Assembly: GCA_018221205.1 (NCBI GenBank)
Contig: JAAOYF010000045.1
Span: 3,264 to 67,263 of the forward strand
Length of the DNA: 64,000 nt
Reading direction: 5' to 3'
DNA from: Candidatus Woesearchaeota archaeon
Lineage (GTDB): Archaea > Nanobdellota > Nanobdellia > Woesearchaeales > WJIZ01
Shown: positions 46,219 to 57,067 of the stretch, in pieces
How positions within the stretch are numbered: position 1 is the stretch's first letter
Layout: each line of letters starts with the position of its first letter
Made by a program: the position numbers and the translations under genes
Notes under the pieces: model-generated
Databases searched by the model: none
What the model saw: the letters and a program-made list of their open reading frames with translations, nothing else
What the model was told of the DNA's origin: nothing

Positions 46219-47309
46219 GCAAGGATTACTATGATGTTTTGGGAGTGAGCAAGAGTTCCACCAAAGAAGAGATCAAGAAAGCATATAAGAATCTCGCCAA
46301 GAAATACCATCCTGACATCAATAACGAGGATGGTGCTGAGCAGAAGTTCAAAGACCTCAATGAGGCTGCCTCTGTCTTGGGAGATGATGCGAAGAGACAG
46401 CAATATGACCAGTTCGGAGATGCAGAAGCGTTCAAGAGAGCTGGCGGCCAAGGGTTTGGCGGCTTTGATTCTGGTGGTTTCGGTGATTTTGCAAGCTTTG
46501 ACTTCGGTGATATCTTTGACCAGTTCTTCTCTGGTGGCGGCTTCCGCTCACGAAGCAGAGCAAGGAATGGGGCAGATATCAGGGCAGACATCGAGATAAG
46601 CCTCGAAGAGGCTTCTTCTGGTGTGGAGAAAATCCTCACCCTCCCCAGGATAGAGCAATGCCATAGCTGCGATGGCTCTGGTGCAGCAACACCTTCTGAT
46701 CTCAAAGAATGCTCTGAATGTGGGGGGGCGGGCACGAGCAGACGCACGCAACGGACTCCTTTTGGTGTCTTTACTACCACTTCCACCTGCCGGACATGCA
46801 AAGGAAAAGGGAAGAGCATAACAAAGGAATGCAAGACATGCGACGGCACCGGACTTATCAGGAAACAGCGGAAGATCGAGATCAAGATCCCGGCAGGAGC
46901 AGAAGAGGGAACAAATCTGCGATTGACAGGACAAGGAGAAGCTGGAGAATCTGGTGCGGTAAGCGGTGATCTGTACATCGTCATCCATATCAAAGAGCAT
47001 GATACTTTCGAGAGGCATGGTGATGACCTCTATCTCAAGATATCTGTCCTTTTTGTCACTGCTGCACTAGGCGGCGAGATCGATGTCGATACGCTAGGCG
47101 GAAAGGCCAAGCTGAAGATACCTTCTGGCACGCAGTCCAATACGGTCTTCAGGATGAGAGGAAAAGGGATACCTCACCTTCATGGTTCAGGCAAGGGAGA
47201 CCAGCATGTCGAGGTCGTAATCGAAGTTCCTGAGAAATTAAGCAAAAAGCAGAAAGACCTCCTTAAAGAGTTTGGAAAAATAGGAATGAAGAAAGGATTA
47301 TTTAGCTAG
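46215..47309 (+). CDS. dnaJ: Chaperone DnaJ
   Basis: HPD J-domain, G/F region, four CxxCxGxG repeats. Confidence 0.98.
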   Translation: MSKDYYDVLGVSKSSTKEEIKKAYKNLAKKYHPDINNEDGAEQKFKDLNEAASVLGDDAKRQQYDQFGDAEAFKRAGGQGFGGFDSGGFGDFASFDFGDIFDQFFSGGGFRSRSRARNGADIRADIEISLEEASSGVEKILTLPRIEQCHSCDGSGAATPSDLKECSECGGAGTSRRTQRTPFGVFTTTSTCRTCKGKGKSITKECKTCDGTGLIRKQRKIEIKIPAGAEEGTNLRLTGQGEAGESGAVSGDLYIVIHIKEHDTFERHGDDLYLKISVLFVTAALGGEIDVDTLGGKAKLKIPSGTQSNTVFRMRGKGIPHLHGSGKGDQHVEVVIEVPEKLSKKQKDLLKEFGKIGMKKGLFS

Positions 47310-47783
47310 GCGTTCTTCAGCATTGATTGAATCAAGATATACTGCCACTGATTTCGGCACCAGATGATTCCATGTCTTTCCTTCCTGGATCCTCTGCCTG
47401 ATATCAGTTCCATTCATGCCATGAATAAAGCGGACCTCCCTCACAGGAATGTCCTTGTCCCAGAACAATGATTTCACCTTCTGGTTTCCTGATAACACAC
47501 AGTGGAACTCTCCGACTGTCTTTTCGACATGATCGACCCATTTGTTGTCGTCATTGACATCGGGCACAGCGATGATCTCGACAGGCTCAAGCTTGTCTTC
47601 CTCTACAGCCTTCTTTATCATCTCTTTGCGCTCTTCAAAAGAGAAAGGATTCTCTACAGTATCTTTTTCTTGAGAACTGCCTATGCCTATGATGACTTTT
47701 GAAGAGATATACAATGCACTCCTGATATCCTCCAAGTGGCCATTATGGAACGGCTGGAATCGTCCGATGAAAAGGGTAATCAT
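47298..47783 (-). CDS. nadM: NMN adenylyltransferase
   Basis: FIGRFQPFHNGH, GSSQE, NPFSFEER. Confidence 0.93.
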   Translation of the reverse strand: MITLFIGRFQPFHNGHLEDIRSALYISSKVIIGIGSSQEKDTVENPFSFEERKEMIKKAVEEDKLEPVEIIAVPDVNDDNKWVDHVEKTVGEFHCVLSGNQKVKSLFWDKDIPVREVRFIHGMNGTDIRQRIQEGKTWNHLVPKSVAVYLDSINAEERLAK

Positions 47784-47792
47784 ACTATCACC

Positions 47793-48530
47793 TCACTCCT
47801 TTAATTCTAAGACGGGCACAGGGCCCCTTTTATGCTTCTGCTTCTCAATCCTTTGCAGGGTTTTCTTCACTAAATTGTCCTTCTTATTTAACTTTTCCCC
47901 TTTGAGCACCCTCTTGAGGATTGAATCTAATTTGGAATAAGAAGCGCCTAAATCAGCTTCGTCTGTCTGGCCGACTGTCAATTCTGCAGAGGGCCTCTTG
48001 CGGATGATAGAAGGAGGTAGTTTAAGATATCTTGATATTTCCATGATCTCTGTCTTCAGCAGATCCCCTATGATCATCACATCACTTGCTAAGTCTCCAT
48101 ATTTTGTGCCATAACCGAGCATCAACTCAGATTTATTTGAAGTTCCTACAACAATGGCATTGTTGCTGTTTGCATAATTGTATAAGAGGACTGCCCGTGC
48201 TCTTGCCTTGGTATTCATCAACGCTATCTTGCTCTGCTTCCAGGCAAGATGATGATAGCTCTCTAAGTGGGGATTTATTTCAACAAGAAAATGTTTCACT
48301 CTCAGCTTTTTTGCCCAGTTCAACGCATCCTGGATATTCTTCTCTTTTGTGAGGCCTTTTTCCGGCATCATCAACGCAGTTACATTCTTTGCGCCCAAGG
48401 CATCGCAGCATAGTTTAAGGCATAGTGCAGAGTCAACGCCTCCGCTCAAACCTATAACTGCCTTATGGTGATGGTGTCTTTTGAACCAGCCCTTGATCTG
48501 TTCCAATAGCAGGTAATACGTCGTTTTCAT
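47793..48530 (-). CDS. nadE: NH3-dependent NAD synthetase
   Basis: GLSGGVDS, GTSNKSE, TKYGD, PSAEL. Confidence 0.95.
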   Translation of the reverse strand: MKTTYYLLLEQIKGWFKRHHHHKAVIGLSGGVDSALCLKLCCDALGAKNVTALMMPEKGLTKEKNIQDALNWAKKLRVKHFLVEINPHLESYHHLAWKQSKIALMNTKARARAVLLYNYANSNNAIVVGTSNKSELMLGYGTKYGDLASDVMIIGDLLKTEIMEISRYLKLPPSIIRKRPSAELTVGQTDEADLGASYSKLDSILKRVLKGEKLNKKDNLVKKTLQRIEKQKHKRGPVPVLELKE

Positions 48531-48595
48531 GCACCTTTGGGAACAATGGGGGGTATAAAAAGCTTGCGGGCTGTAATGAAAACGAGATGGATGCG

Positions 48596-48991
48596 TCACT
48601 TCAACTTTGAACTTTTAAAAATATGCTCTTTATAGGGTTCGAGCCGGATAATCTTTGCTTTTATTCTTCTTTTTTTCAGCTCTTCTTCCAAATTAGCTGT
48701 GAATGCTTTCTGATCATAACCTAGACAGATGATATCTGGCTTGAGTTCCTCAATAATCTCATATTTATCTTCCTTATGGCCAAAGACCACTTTATGAGGA
48801 ATGCCTGTCAGTTCGAGATGGGATTTCCTTTCCTTTTCTGAGTATTTTGGGGGCTTTCCTTTGATCTCTTTTATGGTCTCATCTCTTGCCAGGACAACAA
48901 TAAGCTCTCCTAATTTTCTTGCCTCTAATAAATAGGCGAAATGTCCTGGATGCAGCTGGTCAAAGCTGCCGAATGCCATTACTCGTTCCAT
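48596..48991 (-). CDS. ribL: FAD synthase (cytidylyltransferase family)
   Basis: FGSFDQLHPGH, VLARD, PDIICLGYDQ. Confidence 0.85.
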   Translation of the reverse strand: MERVMAFGSFDQLHPGHFAYLLEARKLGELIVVLARDETIKEIKGKPPKYSEKERKSHLELTGIPHKVVFGHKEDKYEIIEELKPDIICLGYDQKAFTANLEEELKKRRIKAKIIRLEPYKEHIFKSSKLK

Positions 48992-49740
48992 GATAATGAA
49001 GAATATTTCTCTCTGCTCAACTCTTTTGCTTTTTTCAGCTCTTCTTGAGTGAGTATTGAAGGGATGAATTGAAGCTTGAGCGCTTTCTGGAAGCCTTGCT
49101 TCATGGCCTCTGCGACTTGGGCATAATCAACTTTTTTTCCTTCATCGTTGATCGAGGTTATCCTGCTCTTCAGAGCTTCTTTTTGTTTATCTGATAATCC
49201 TTTGAAGCAGCCTGCATATTTCTCAATGTCCATATCGATGAGGACAGCACCATGCTGCAGCACTTTTCCTTTTGTCCTTTTTTGCGCGGAACCGACGATC
49301 TTCTTTCCATTCACGAGAATCTCATACCAGCTTGGATCATGGAAACAGACCGGGGATTTTTCCACTTTATGCACCTCGTCATTGAGCTCTGGCTGTAATC
49401 CCAGGATTTCGAAAGCTTTGACAATCCCTTTACTGATCTCCTTGTAGGATTCGATGACTGATTTAGGCATACGGTCTTGAGAGATGATGAAAGAATAGGT
49501 CAATTCCTTATCATGCAATACTGCATTCCCCCCTGTCGGCCTTCTGACGATCTGGATTCCTTTTTCTAGGCAGAATTCTTTATCAATGTTTATGGCTGAC
49601 TGATCATAGCCAATAGATAATCCTGGTGGGATCCATTGATAGAATCTCAGTACTGGTAGCTCAGAATCCAACAATACCTCATCGATCGCCATATTCATGG
49701 ATGGTGTATTAGGACTGGAGTTGATCAATCTGCATTTCAT
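48979..49740 (-). CDS. Lipoate-protein ligase/octanoyltransferase (LplA/LipM family)
   Basis: NMAIDE, VRRPTGGNAVLH, KKIVGSAQ, LQHG. Confidence 0.92.
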   Translation of the reverse strand: MKCRLINSSPNTPSMNMAIDEVLLDSELPVLRFYQWIPPGLSIGYDQSAINIDKEFCLEKGIQIVRRPTGGNAVLHDKELTYSFIISQDRMPKSVIESYKEISKGIVKAFEILGLQPELNDEVHKVEKSPVCFHDPSWYEILVNGKKIVGSAQKRTKGKVLQHGAVLIDMDIEKYAGCFKGLSDKQKEALKSRITSINDEGKKVDYAQVAEAMKQGFQKALKLQFIPSILTQEELKKAKELSREKYSSLSWNE

Positions 49741-50609
49741 CGGAAATCATCTTCATTGACAAGCTCGTCAGCATGAAAGCTGCTCCTCACTAACGGACCG
49801 GAAAATACGTTCTTGAATCCTAGCTTTTTTCCTTCTTGTTCAAATGACTTGAACTCATCTGGTGTTACGTAACGATGCACTTTCTCATGCCTCTCTGTCG
49901 GTCTTAGATATTGGCCTATGGTGACAATGTCTATACTCTGTTCTCTTAAATCTTTCAAAGTTGAAAGGATCTCTTCATTCGTCTCTCCAAGGCCGACCAT
50001 CATTCCAGATTTTGTAATCATTTTCGGATCAAATTCTTTCGCTTTCCTTAAAAGTTCTAATGAATAATCATAATCGCCTTTTGCCCTTACCTTCTTATGC
50101 ACTCTCCTTACGGTCTCGATATTATGGCCGAACACATCGGGCCGGGCATCAACGACTGACTTGAGGGAATCCTTATAATCTGGAGTGAGGAGTTCTATCC
50201 TGATAGTTGGATCGATCTTCCTGATCTCTTCTATGGTCTTGATATACTGTGATGCACCGCCATCTTCCAGATCATCTCGATCAACTGAGGTGATGACTGC
50301 ATATTTTATGCCCATGACTTTGATGCTTTCTGCGACTTTTCTGGGCTCTTCTGGATCTACGGCTTGGCCTTGATTTCCTGTCTTGACATTGCAATAGCGG
50401 CAAGCCCTTGTACAGGTATCTCCTAGAAGCATAAATGAAGCTGTCCTTCGATTCCAGCAATCTCCGATGTTAGGGCATTTGCCTTCCTGGCAGATTGTGT
50501 GAATATTGTTCTGCTTCACCAATTCCCTGACTTCTCGATAATTCTGGCCATCAGGAAACTGCACCTTGAACCAAGAGGGCTTCTTCGAGATCTGAATGAG
50601 TTCTGACAT
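49737..50609 (-). CDS. lipA: Lipoyl synthase
   Basis: CQEGKCPNIGDC, CTRACRYC, GPLVRSS. Confidence 0.97.
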   Translation of the reverse strand: MSELIQISKKPSWFKVQFPDGQNYREVRELVKQNNIHTICQEGKCPNIGDCWNRRTASFMLLGDTCTRACRYCNVKTGNQGQAVDPEEPRKVAESIKVMGIKYAVITSVDRDDLEDGGASQYIKTIEEIRKIDPTIRIELLTPDYKDSLKSVVDARPDVFGHNIETVRRVHKKVRAKGDYDYSLELLRKAKEFDPKMITKSGMMVGLGETNEEILSTLKDLREQSIDIVTIGQYLRPTERHEKVHRYVTPDEFKSFEQEGKKLGFKNVFSGPLVRSSFHADELVNEDDFR

Positions 50610-50688
50610 AGTGATGATTAAATACAAGCGATTTAAAAATCTATTGTCAAACAGCAAGATTTATTAATAATCCTGCTAAAATTAGGGT

Positions 50689-52032
50689 ATGGCACATATA
50701 GATGTCAGCTTTGTGACTGGGCTGTTGGATACTAAGCAAGATGTTCAGCTGCGAAAGCTCATCAAGAACTCGGAGATTCCTGATCTTGCTATCCTTATAG
50801 ACCAGCTCAAGGAAAGGCATAAGATCAAATTCTATCTCCTGTTTCCTTCCAAGATCTCTTCAGAAGTGCTGCTGGAAGTGAGCTCTCACTCTAGGCGATT
50901 TATCCTCAAAAGTATGAAGGATAAATATATTGTGAGCATGATCGAAGAAACTGCTTCTGATGACTCTGCAGATATCTTGAGTGAGGTTCCTGAGCATAAA
51001 TTGCCCCACATCCTCCAGCGGCTGACCAAAAAGAAGCAAGAGGCTTTAGAGCCAATCATGAAGCATGAAGAAGATACGGCTGGACACCTTATGCAGAGTG
51101 AACTTATTGAAGTTTATCAGTCTATACTTGTGAAGGATGCTATCGAACAAGTGAAAAAGCAACTTTCTAAAGTAGAAGGAGTCAACTATGTGTATGCTGT
51201 CGATAGTAATCATCGCTTAAAGGGTGTTGTTACGATCCATAATCTCTTCACTTCTTCTCCTCAGAAAAAGATTGCCCAGATCATGAACAAGAATGTTGTC
51301 ACTCTTCGGCCTGAGTTGAAGAAGAAGAAAGTTGCGGATGTGTTCATGAAAGAAGATATCCATGTGTTGCCAGTTGTCAATAAAAAAGGAGTCATAAGAG
51401 GAATTGTTACCGTAGATGATGTCCTTGATGTCATCGAGGAAGAGGCAACTGAGGATATGTTCCAGCTGGCAGGAGTGCATCCTGATGAGAGTCCTTTCGA
51501 TCCTTTATCAAAATCCTTGAAAAGAAGATTGCCTTGGCTGGTGATCAACCTCGGCACCTCTGTCCTTGCAGGATTGACGGTTGCTGCTTTTGCTGATACT
51601 CTTGGAGCACTTGTCATCCTGGCTGCATTCTTACCGATCATCGCAGGTATGGGAGGGAATGCTGGTACGCAAACACTCACTTTGATTGTTCGGGGACTTG
51701 CACTCAACCAATTGACTTTACATAACTATCAGAAAGTACTGTTGAAAGAGGTCCTTCTCGGACTTCTCAATGGACTCATCACTGGATTGGTGCTGGCAAT
51801 AGGCGTATACTTCTGGCTGGGCAATATCTTCATCAGCCTTGTTCTGTTGATGGCAATGACCATCAACTTAGTTGTTGCTGGCTTGATCGGTACATCAGTT
51901 CCGATCATCCTCAAACGCTTCAAAGTAGATCCTGCTGTAGCAAGCAGCATCTTCTTGACAACCTTCACCGATGTTATCGGATTTCTTGCTTACCTAGGAA
52001 TAGCTACGCTTTTCTTGCACTGGATCGTTTAA
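50689..52032 (+). CDS. mgtE: Magnesium transporter
   Basis: CBS pair, RLPWL, GMGGNAGTQ, DPAVASS..TTFTDVIG. Confidence 0.95.
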   Translation: MAHIDVSFVTGLLDTKQDVQLRKLIKNSEIPDLAILIDQLKERHKIKFYLLFPSKISSEVLLEVSSHSRRFILKSMKDKYIVSMIEETASDDSADILSEVPEHKLPHILQRLTKKKQEALEPIMKHEEDTAGHLMQSELIEVYQSILVKDAIEQVKKQLSKVEGVNYVYAVDSNHRLKGVVTIHNLFTSSPQKKIAQIMNKNVVTLRPELKKKKVADVFMKEDIHVLPVVNKKGVIRGIVTVDDVLDVIEEEATEDMFQLAGVHPDESPFDPLSKSLKRRLPWLVINLGTSVLAGLTVAAFADTLGALVILAAFLPIIAGMGGNAGTQTLTLIVRGLALNQLTLHNYQKVLLKEVLLGLLNGLITGLVLAIGVYFWLGNIFISLVLLMAMTINLVVAGLIGTSVPIILKRFKVDPAVASSIFLTTFTDVIGFLAYLGIATLFLHWIV

Positions 52033-52142
52033 AATCTGTTTTAATACATAAACCTCAGTAATAAAAGCCTTGCACTTAGTCTTATCGATAGATACCTTTA
52101 AATATCTTCCAGAAGGAAGATATTCAATAAGGGGGTGAACCT

Positions 52143-52562
52143 ATGTTAAAAAATATGTGTGAAAAATATACTGATCACTTCTACTTTCTCATGAGGGTGA
52201 TCGTAGGATATATGTTCTTTCTGCATGGACTGCAGAAATTTGGAATGTTAGGTGGACCGGGGATCGACGGCTTTGCTGGATTCATGGCAGGTGGAGATCC
52301 TACTGGATTATTCATCTTCTTCGCATATATAGTAGCGATTGTTGAGACTGTCGGCGGATTATTCATCGCACTCGGCGTGATGACCAGACTTGCTGCTGGC
52401 TTAGGAGCCATTACCATGTTAGTTGCATTCTTGTGGATGCATCTCAGCTGGAATCCTTTAGCAAGCGGTGGAGAAGCAGCATTGCTCTATTTGGTGATCT
52501 TTTTGGTTCTAAAGACCAAAGGACCTGGCAAGTGGGCTTTGATGAAGAAAGAGGTCGTCTAG
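52143..52562 (+). CDS. DoxX-family membrane protein
   Basis: R..GYMFFLHGLQK..ETVGG..G.MTRLAA..GPGKW. Confidence 0.9.
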   Translation: MLKNMCEKYTDHFYFLMRVIVGYMFFLHGLQKFGMLGGPGIDGFAGFMAGGDPTGLFIFFAYIVAIVETVGGLFIALGVMTRLAAGLGAITMLVAFLWMHLSWNPLASGGEAALLYLVIFLVLKTKGPGKWALMKKEVV

Positions 52563-52581
52563 ACTTTTTTTTCTTTTCTTT

Positions 52582-53148
52582 ATGGTACTCGTCATCTATG
52601 TTCATCCGCAAACACCAGGACATGGTCCTGTGATGCTGGAGGAACTGAAAAAGGCTCTTTCTGAACGGAAAGAGAAATTTGAAATTCTTGATTTGTATAA
52701 AATAAAGTACGATCCGGTGCTGCATGAGAATGAGCATTATACTTCTGGTGGGAGAGAGATCTCAAAACAAAACAAGGACATACAGAAAAAGATCTCAAAA
52801 GAGAAGAAACTCATCTTTTTGTATCCGGTCTGGTGGTATAGCATGCCAGCTATGCTGAAAGGATTCCTTGACCGAATACTTACTGCCCGTTTTGCTTTCA
52901 CGTACAAAGGGGCCATTCCGGTTAAATTGCTCAAAGGAAAGAAAGCAAGGGTGTTGATCACTACTGGGGCTCCATCATGGGCCTGGTTCTTGCCAGGCAT
53001 ACGAGCTGCAAAGCTCTTGACCAAAGAGATATTGCAGTTCTGCGGCATAAAGACTAAAGTGTTCTGCCTCCATGGCGCTCAGAGATATTCTGAGGATAAA
53101 TTACCCAAGATACGTCTCCTTATCCAGAACGCATTACGTGATTTTTGA
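52582..53148 (+). CDS. NAD(P)H:quinone oxidoreductase (flavodoxin-2 fold)
   Basis: [25 protein letters not shown]. Confidence 0.9.
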   Translation: MVLVIYVHPQTPGHGPVMLEELKKALSERKEKFEILDLYKIKYDPVLHENEHYTSGGREISKQNKDIQKKISKEKKLIFLYPVWWYSMPAMLKGFLDRILTARFAFTYKGAIPVKLLKGKKARVLITTGAPSWAWFLPGIRAAKLLTKEILQFCGIKTKVFCLHGAQRYSEDKLPKIRLLIQNALRDF

Positions 53149-53828
53149 TGCAGCTTACAAAAGATCTTAAAGATTTAGCGAATCCTAAGAAAAAGAAGAT
53201 TCTTCAACGGTTTTTCAAGACTGGTAAAGGAGAGTATGGTGAGGGAGATATCTTTCTTGGAGTGATGGTGCCTGAGCAGAGGAAGATTGCGAAGAAATAC
53301 AAGGATCTTCCCTTGAAGGATATCCAGTCCTTATTGAACAGCAAGATCCATGAGCATCGATTAGTTGCGTTGTTTATCCTTGTCGGGCAGTATAGCAAGT
53401 CCAAAGATAAAAAGTATGTTGATTTTTATCTGAAGAATACTAAACGGGTGAATAATTGGGATCTTGTAGACCTGTCTGCGCATAAGATCCTTGGAGATTA
53501 CTTATTGGATAAGAAACGAGATATCTTGTATATGTTAGCTCGATCTAAGAATCTGTGGGAGAGAAGAATATCTATTCTTTCTACTTTTGCATTCATCAAT
53601 AATGGCGAGTATAGAGATTCTTTGCGGATAGCTGAGATGTTGCTCCATGACAAACATGATCTTATCCATAAAGCTGTAGGCTGGATGTTACGTGAAGTTG
53701 CTAAACGAGTGAATAAATCCAAAGCAAAAGCATTTCTTGTCAAACATAAGAAAGACATGCCTCGGACGATGCTGAGATATGCTATCGAACGTTATCCTGA
53801 AAAAGAACGGAAGATGTTGATGAGCTAA
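53148..53828 (+). CDS. DNA alkylation repair glycosylase (AlkD family)
   Basis: [38 protein letters not shown]. Confidence 0.92.
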   Translation: MQLTKDLKDLANPKKKKILQRFFKTGKGEYGEGDIFLGVMVPEQRKIAKKYKDLPLKDIQSLLNSKIHEHRLVALFILVGQYSKSKDKKYVDFYLKNTKRVNNWDLVDLSAHKILGDYLLDKKRDILYMLARSKNLWERRISILSTFAFINNGEYRDSLRIAEMLLHDKHDLIHKAVGWMLREVAKRVNKSKAKAFLVKHKKDMPRTMLRYAIERYPEKERKMLMS

Positions 53829-54070
53829 TTCTCCTTATTCTCTGGTATTATCTCTGTATACGGACATAAGGTGGGATCGTCATTCTCTACAATCTGCTTT
53901 GCATATGCGTAGCATGTTGTATGACCGCACTTCCCGCAGTTGAGACCTGGAAGCTGTCTCTCAAGTATCTTTATCCTTGGCTCATGGAACGCTTTGATCT
54001 TTTTCGGGAGGAAATGCAAAATAAGCCCGATGATAAGAATAAAGAATCCTATCACTAGTATCCCTATCAT
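53825..54070 (-). CDS. rnfB: Mini RnfB: TM helix plus a single Fe-S domain
   Basis: [20 protein letters not shown]; no ferredoxin domains. Confidence 0.8.
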   Translation of the reverse strand: MIGILVIGFFILIIGLILHFLPKKIKAFHEPRIKILERQLPGLNCGKCGHTTCYAYAKQIVENDDPTLCPYTEIIPENKEN

Positions 54071-54633
54071 GGTGCCACCCCGATAAATGCTGCTGAGATG
54101 ATGGCTGCGATGATCAGTGCAATGGGAAGGCCTTTGAATGGCTTTGGGATATTCAGCTTATCTACTTTCTCTTTCAGGGCTGAGAAGATGAATAAAGCAA
54201 GGGAAAAGCCTAAAGCAGCTGAGAATCCTGCTACGATAGATTGGACCAACGTGAATTGTTCCTGGAGATTAAAGAATACTATTCCGAGAATCGCAGTATT
54301 CGTTGTCAATACTGGCAGATATCTGCCGAAAGATCTGTGCCATTCAAAGAGGTATTTCTCAATGAATATGTGGAAGAGCTGTGCGAAGAACATGATGGAT
54401 ATAACAAAAGCCACTATAAAGAGATATTCCACTTCAAAGGGGATGAGGATAAAGAAGTTGATCAACCAGGCAATAACACTTGAGAAAGTCATGAAGATTA
54501 TCATAGCTAGGCTTAAGCCTAGAGTGTGCCTCCTTTCTGATAGGCCAAGGAGGGGGTGAAAGCCCAGAAACTTGGTGAGGACAATATTATTGGCGAAGAT
54601 CATGCTCAACCCTAACAAGAGCAGCTCATTCAT
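54067..54633 (-). CDS. rnfA: RnfA homologue lacking Fe-S cysteines
   Basis: NNIVLTKFLGFHP, LPVLTTNTAILG, PKPFKGLPIALI. Confidence 0.88.
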   Translation of the reverse strand: MNELLLLGLSMIFANNIVLTKFLGFHPLLGLSERRHTLGLSLAMIIFMTFSSVIAWLINFFILIPFEVEYLFIVAFVISIMFFAQLFHIFIEKYLFEWHRSFGRYLPVLTTNTAILGIVFFNLQEQFTLVQSIVAGFSAALGFSLALFIFSALKEKVDKLNIPKPFKGLPIALIIAAIISAAFIGVAP

Positions 54634-55363
54634 CTTTCTTTTCCTCCTTCCTTTCTTCCTTCTTCTCCAGTTTCTTTATTTTTTGCAGCTTTTTTCTCTG
54701 ATCGTGGATAAAGGCATGCATGGCGATGATCAATGCCAGAACGATCAAGGCTCCTGGTGCTAATCCCAGCAATGGGAAGGCTCCAAGATATTTTGCCTTC
54801 ACCACCTGGATCCCGAATACCATAAGCCTGCCTGTCGAGAACAGCTCTCTCAACAGAGCGATGAGTATGACGAGAAGAGAGAGTGCGACGCTGAAGCCGA
54901 GCGCATCCAAGATTGCCCTCAATGGGTTGTGCTTTGAGGAAAAGGTCTCTGCCCGTGCATAGAGCATGCCGTTCACTGCAATCAACGGAAAAAATATCCC
55001 TAGAGATTCCTGCATGCCGGAGAAGTTCTCCTGGAACAGTATGTATACAGCTGTTGTCAAGATCGTTGTGATGACCGTGACAATGAACCTTTTCTGCTCA
55101 AGAGAATATTTCAAGAGCGACATGAAAAAAGCAGAGAGGACAAATATGCCAGTGAATGCTACCATCATGCTGAGCGCATTATCTAATGAGATGGTAATAG
55201 CGAGAATAGGAAAAAGACCCCATAGAAGGAATGAGGAGTTCTTGAGTGAAAATGCTTTGGTACATTCAGACAGATAACTGACAATAGCGCTGCCTATGTG
55301 GATGAGCTTATCTTTTGTCTCTTTCGGAATCAGCTCGATTCCTGTGTCTTCGTCTTCTGCCAT
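54626..55363 (-). CDS. rnfE: RnfE homologue lacking Fe-S cysteines
   Basis: GLFPILAIT, SLGIFFPLIAVNG..RAETFS, LRELFSTG, LAPGALI. Confidence 0.88.
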   Translation of the reverse strand: MAEDEDTGIELIPKETKDKLIHIGSAIVSYLSECTKAFSLKNSSFLLWGLFPILAITISLDNALSMMVAFTGIFVLSAFFMSLLKYSLEQKRFIVTVITTILTTAVYILFQENFSGMQESLGIFFPLIAVNGMLYARAETFSSKHNPLRAILDALGFSVALSLLVILIALLRELFSTGRLMVFGIQVVKAKYLGAFPLLGLAPGALIVLALIIAMHAFIHDQRKKLQKIKKLEKKEERKEEKKDE

Positions 55364-56118
55364 CTTTCTATCAAAGGAGTGAGGAAACTCATGAAAAGTA
55401 TAGCATATAGCACTGCATGCAATGGATTGAAACTTCGTATAAGGACTGTCAGCATGCCTGCACCTATGGCGTAGGTCGCTTTGCCTTCGATATGTCTTGG
55501 AAAGGTATTGAATGTCGGGAGGAGGAAGAATGCTGCCAAGAGGAGATCGGTATTGAGAAGCTGGAAGACGTTCTGCTGCAAGACAAATATCAAGCCATAG
55601 ACTGATATGAGGAAAAAGAGAGGTATGCGCCAGTCAATCACTCTTGCGATCATGAGGATTAAGCCGCCGATGATGAGGGCGAATGGAGATATCGTCCCGA
55701 AGGTAACTTGATTGAAAAGCAAGGGAAAGGAGATGATGAGGAAGACGATCGAGACAATAGAAGGGTGGAAAGGGATATTGGATCCGAAGATATTGATGAG
55801 AGCGACTGCAACTATCGATGAGAGGATGGGAAGCCACAATGGAGCATTCACCGGCAGCAACATCGCACTCAATAAAGAAGCTGCAATCGCTGCTCCGATC
55901 GATTTGTAGGATGGCACACTCAAGAGAATGTTTATCAGCGACTGGGTGAGCATTCCCAGCAATACTGCTATGATCTGGATGACCAATGCCTTATTGCCAA
56001 GAACAAAAACTGAGGCAAATGATGCCGGCAAAAGCGCGATGACGACAAGCCAAAGCCTCCTGTCGATGTAATTTGAGAAATATTCTCCTAAAAGCTTGAG
56101 CTCAAATGATTTCTGCAT
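55330..56118 (-). CDS. rnfD: Shortened RnfD homologue lacking the FMN-attachment loop
   Basis: ALLP, LPVNAPLW, LIISFP, IIGG..IDWRIP, LIRSF, PLIE. Confidence 0.82.
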   Translation of the reverse strand: MQKSFELKLLGEYFSNYIDRRLWLVVIALLPASFASVFVLGNKALVIQIIAVLLGMLTQSLINILLSVPSYKSIGAAIAASLLSAMLLPVNAPLWLPILSSIVAVALINIFGSNIPFHPSIVSIVFLIISFPLLFNQVTFGTISPFALIIGGLILMIARVIDWRIPLFFLISVYGLIFVLQQNVFQLLNTDLLLAAFFLLPTFNTFPRHIEGKATYAIGAGMLTVLIRSFNPLHAVLYAILFMSFLTPLIERWQKTKTQESS

Positions 56119-56151
56119 ATGTTCATTCTAGAAGGGGAGATATATAAAGAT

Positions 56152-57036
56152 TTACTCTTTGGTGCCTTGGAATGCAAGCAGGTCTTCTGTCGTCAGTTTC
56201 ATCCTTTTCTTTATCTTCTCTTCGACAGAGAGCTTCTTCTCTTCAAGCGCTTTTTCTTTCTTCTTCTCTGATTCTTTTCTTGAATCATGCTTATGTATCG
56301 AGAGCTTTTCGTTCAATTGCTTCAGTTCAGTGAGCCTCTCTTTCAAGGCGTCATTCAGCTCGTTGAATTTCTTTTTCTGCTCGACGAATTGTTTGAACTC
56401 TTCCTCTTCCTTGGCCTTCATATCATCAATATCCTTGGAAGCGCTTATGAGCGTCTCATGCCTGCCTTGGCTCTCTTTGGCGATGTTCTGGATCTTCTTA
56501 TGGCTTTCCTGGGCGACACGCTTCTTTTCGTCGGTCTCTTTCGAAAGCTCTTGGATCTGCTTGACGATGCCTGACACTACTTCCGCTTCCTTGAACTTCT
56601 TCTTCAGATCCTTGATCTGTTTCATCAGGCCTTTCTCCTTCTCAAAGGACATAGGCTCTGTCTCGATCTTCAATTCCATCTCAGCAATCTGCTTGACGAT
56701 CTGAGTAGGGTCTTTTATCTTGTGCTTTCTCAATACCTCATCCCGTTTTTTCTCGAGATCCTTTATTTTAGTGACTGATTCTTTGACCTGGACATTTTTT
56801 TTATTCCTGTCGACTTTCTGCTTCCTCACCTTATTTGTCAACGTATCACGTTCAGATCTGCTTTCCTTTATCTCAGAAATCAAACTTGCAATGCGCTCAG
56901 AAATCTCTGTTTTCTTCTTATAATGGTGCTCTTTTTTATCGTTGATGCTATTTAACTCAGCCTGGAGCTGAGAAATTTCCTTTCTTTTCTCCGAGATTCT
57001 TTTGAGGGTCTCTTTTCTCTCTTCAACTGTCAGCAT
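56152..57036 (-). CDS. Archaeal coiled-coil protein (COG1340-like)
   Basis: Long heptad pattern, IETEPMSFEKEK, C-terminal KLTTEDLLAFQ. Confidence 0.75.
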   Translation of the reverse strand: MLTVEERKETLKRISEKRKEISQLQAELNSINDKKEHHYKKKTEISERIASLISEIKESRSERDTLTNKVRKQKVDRNKKNVQVKESVTKIKDLEKKRDEVLRKHKIKDPTQIVKQIAEMELKIETEPMSFEKEKGLMKQIKDLKKKFKEAEVVSGIVKQIQELSKETDEKKRVAQESHKKIQNIAKESQGRHETLISASKDIDDMKAKEEEEFKQFVEQKKKFNELNDALKERLTELKQLNEKLSIHKHDSRKESEKKKEKALEEKKLSVEEKIKKRMKLTTEDLLAFQGTKE

Positions 57037-57067
57037 ATGGTGTCACTTCATAGTAAAATAGGGTGCC

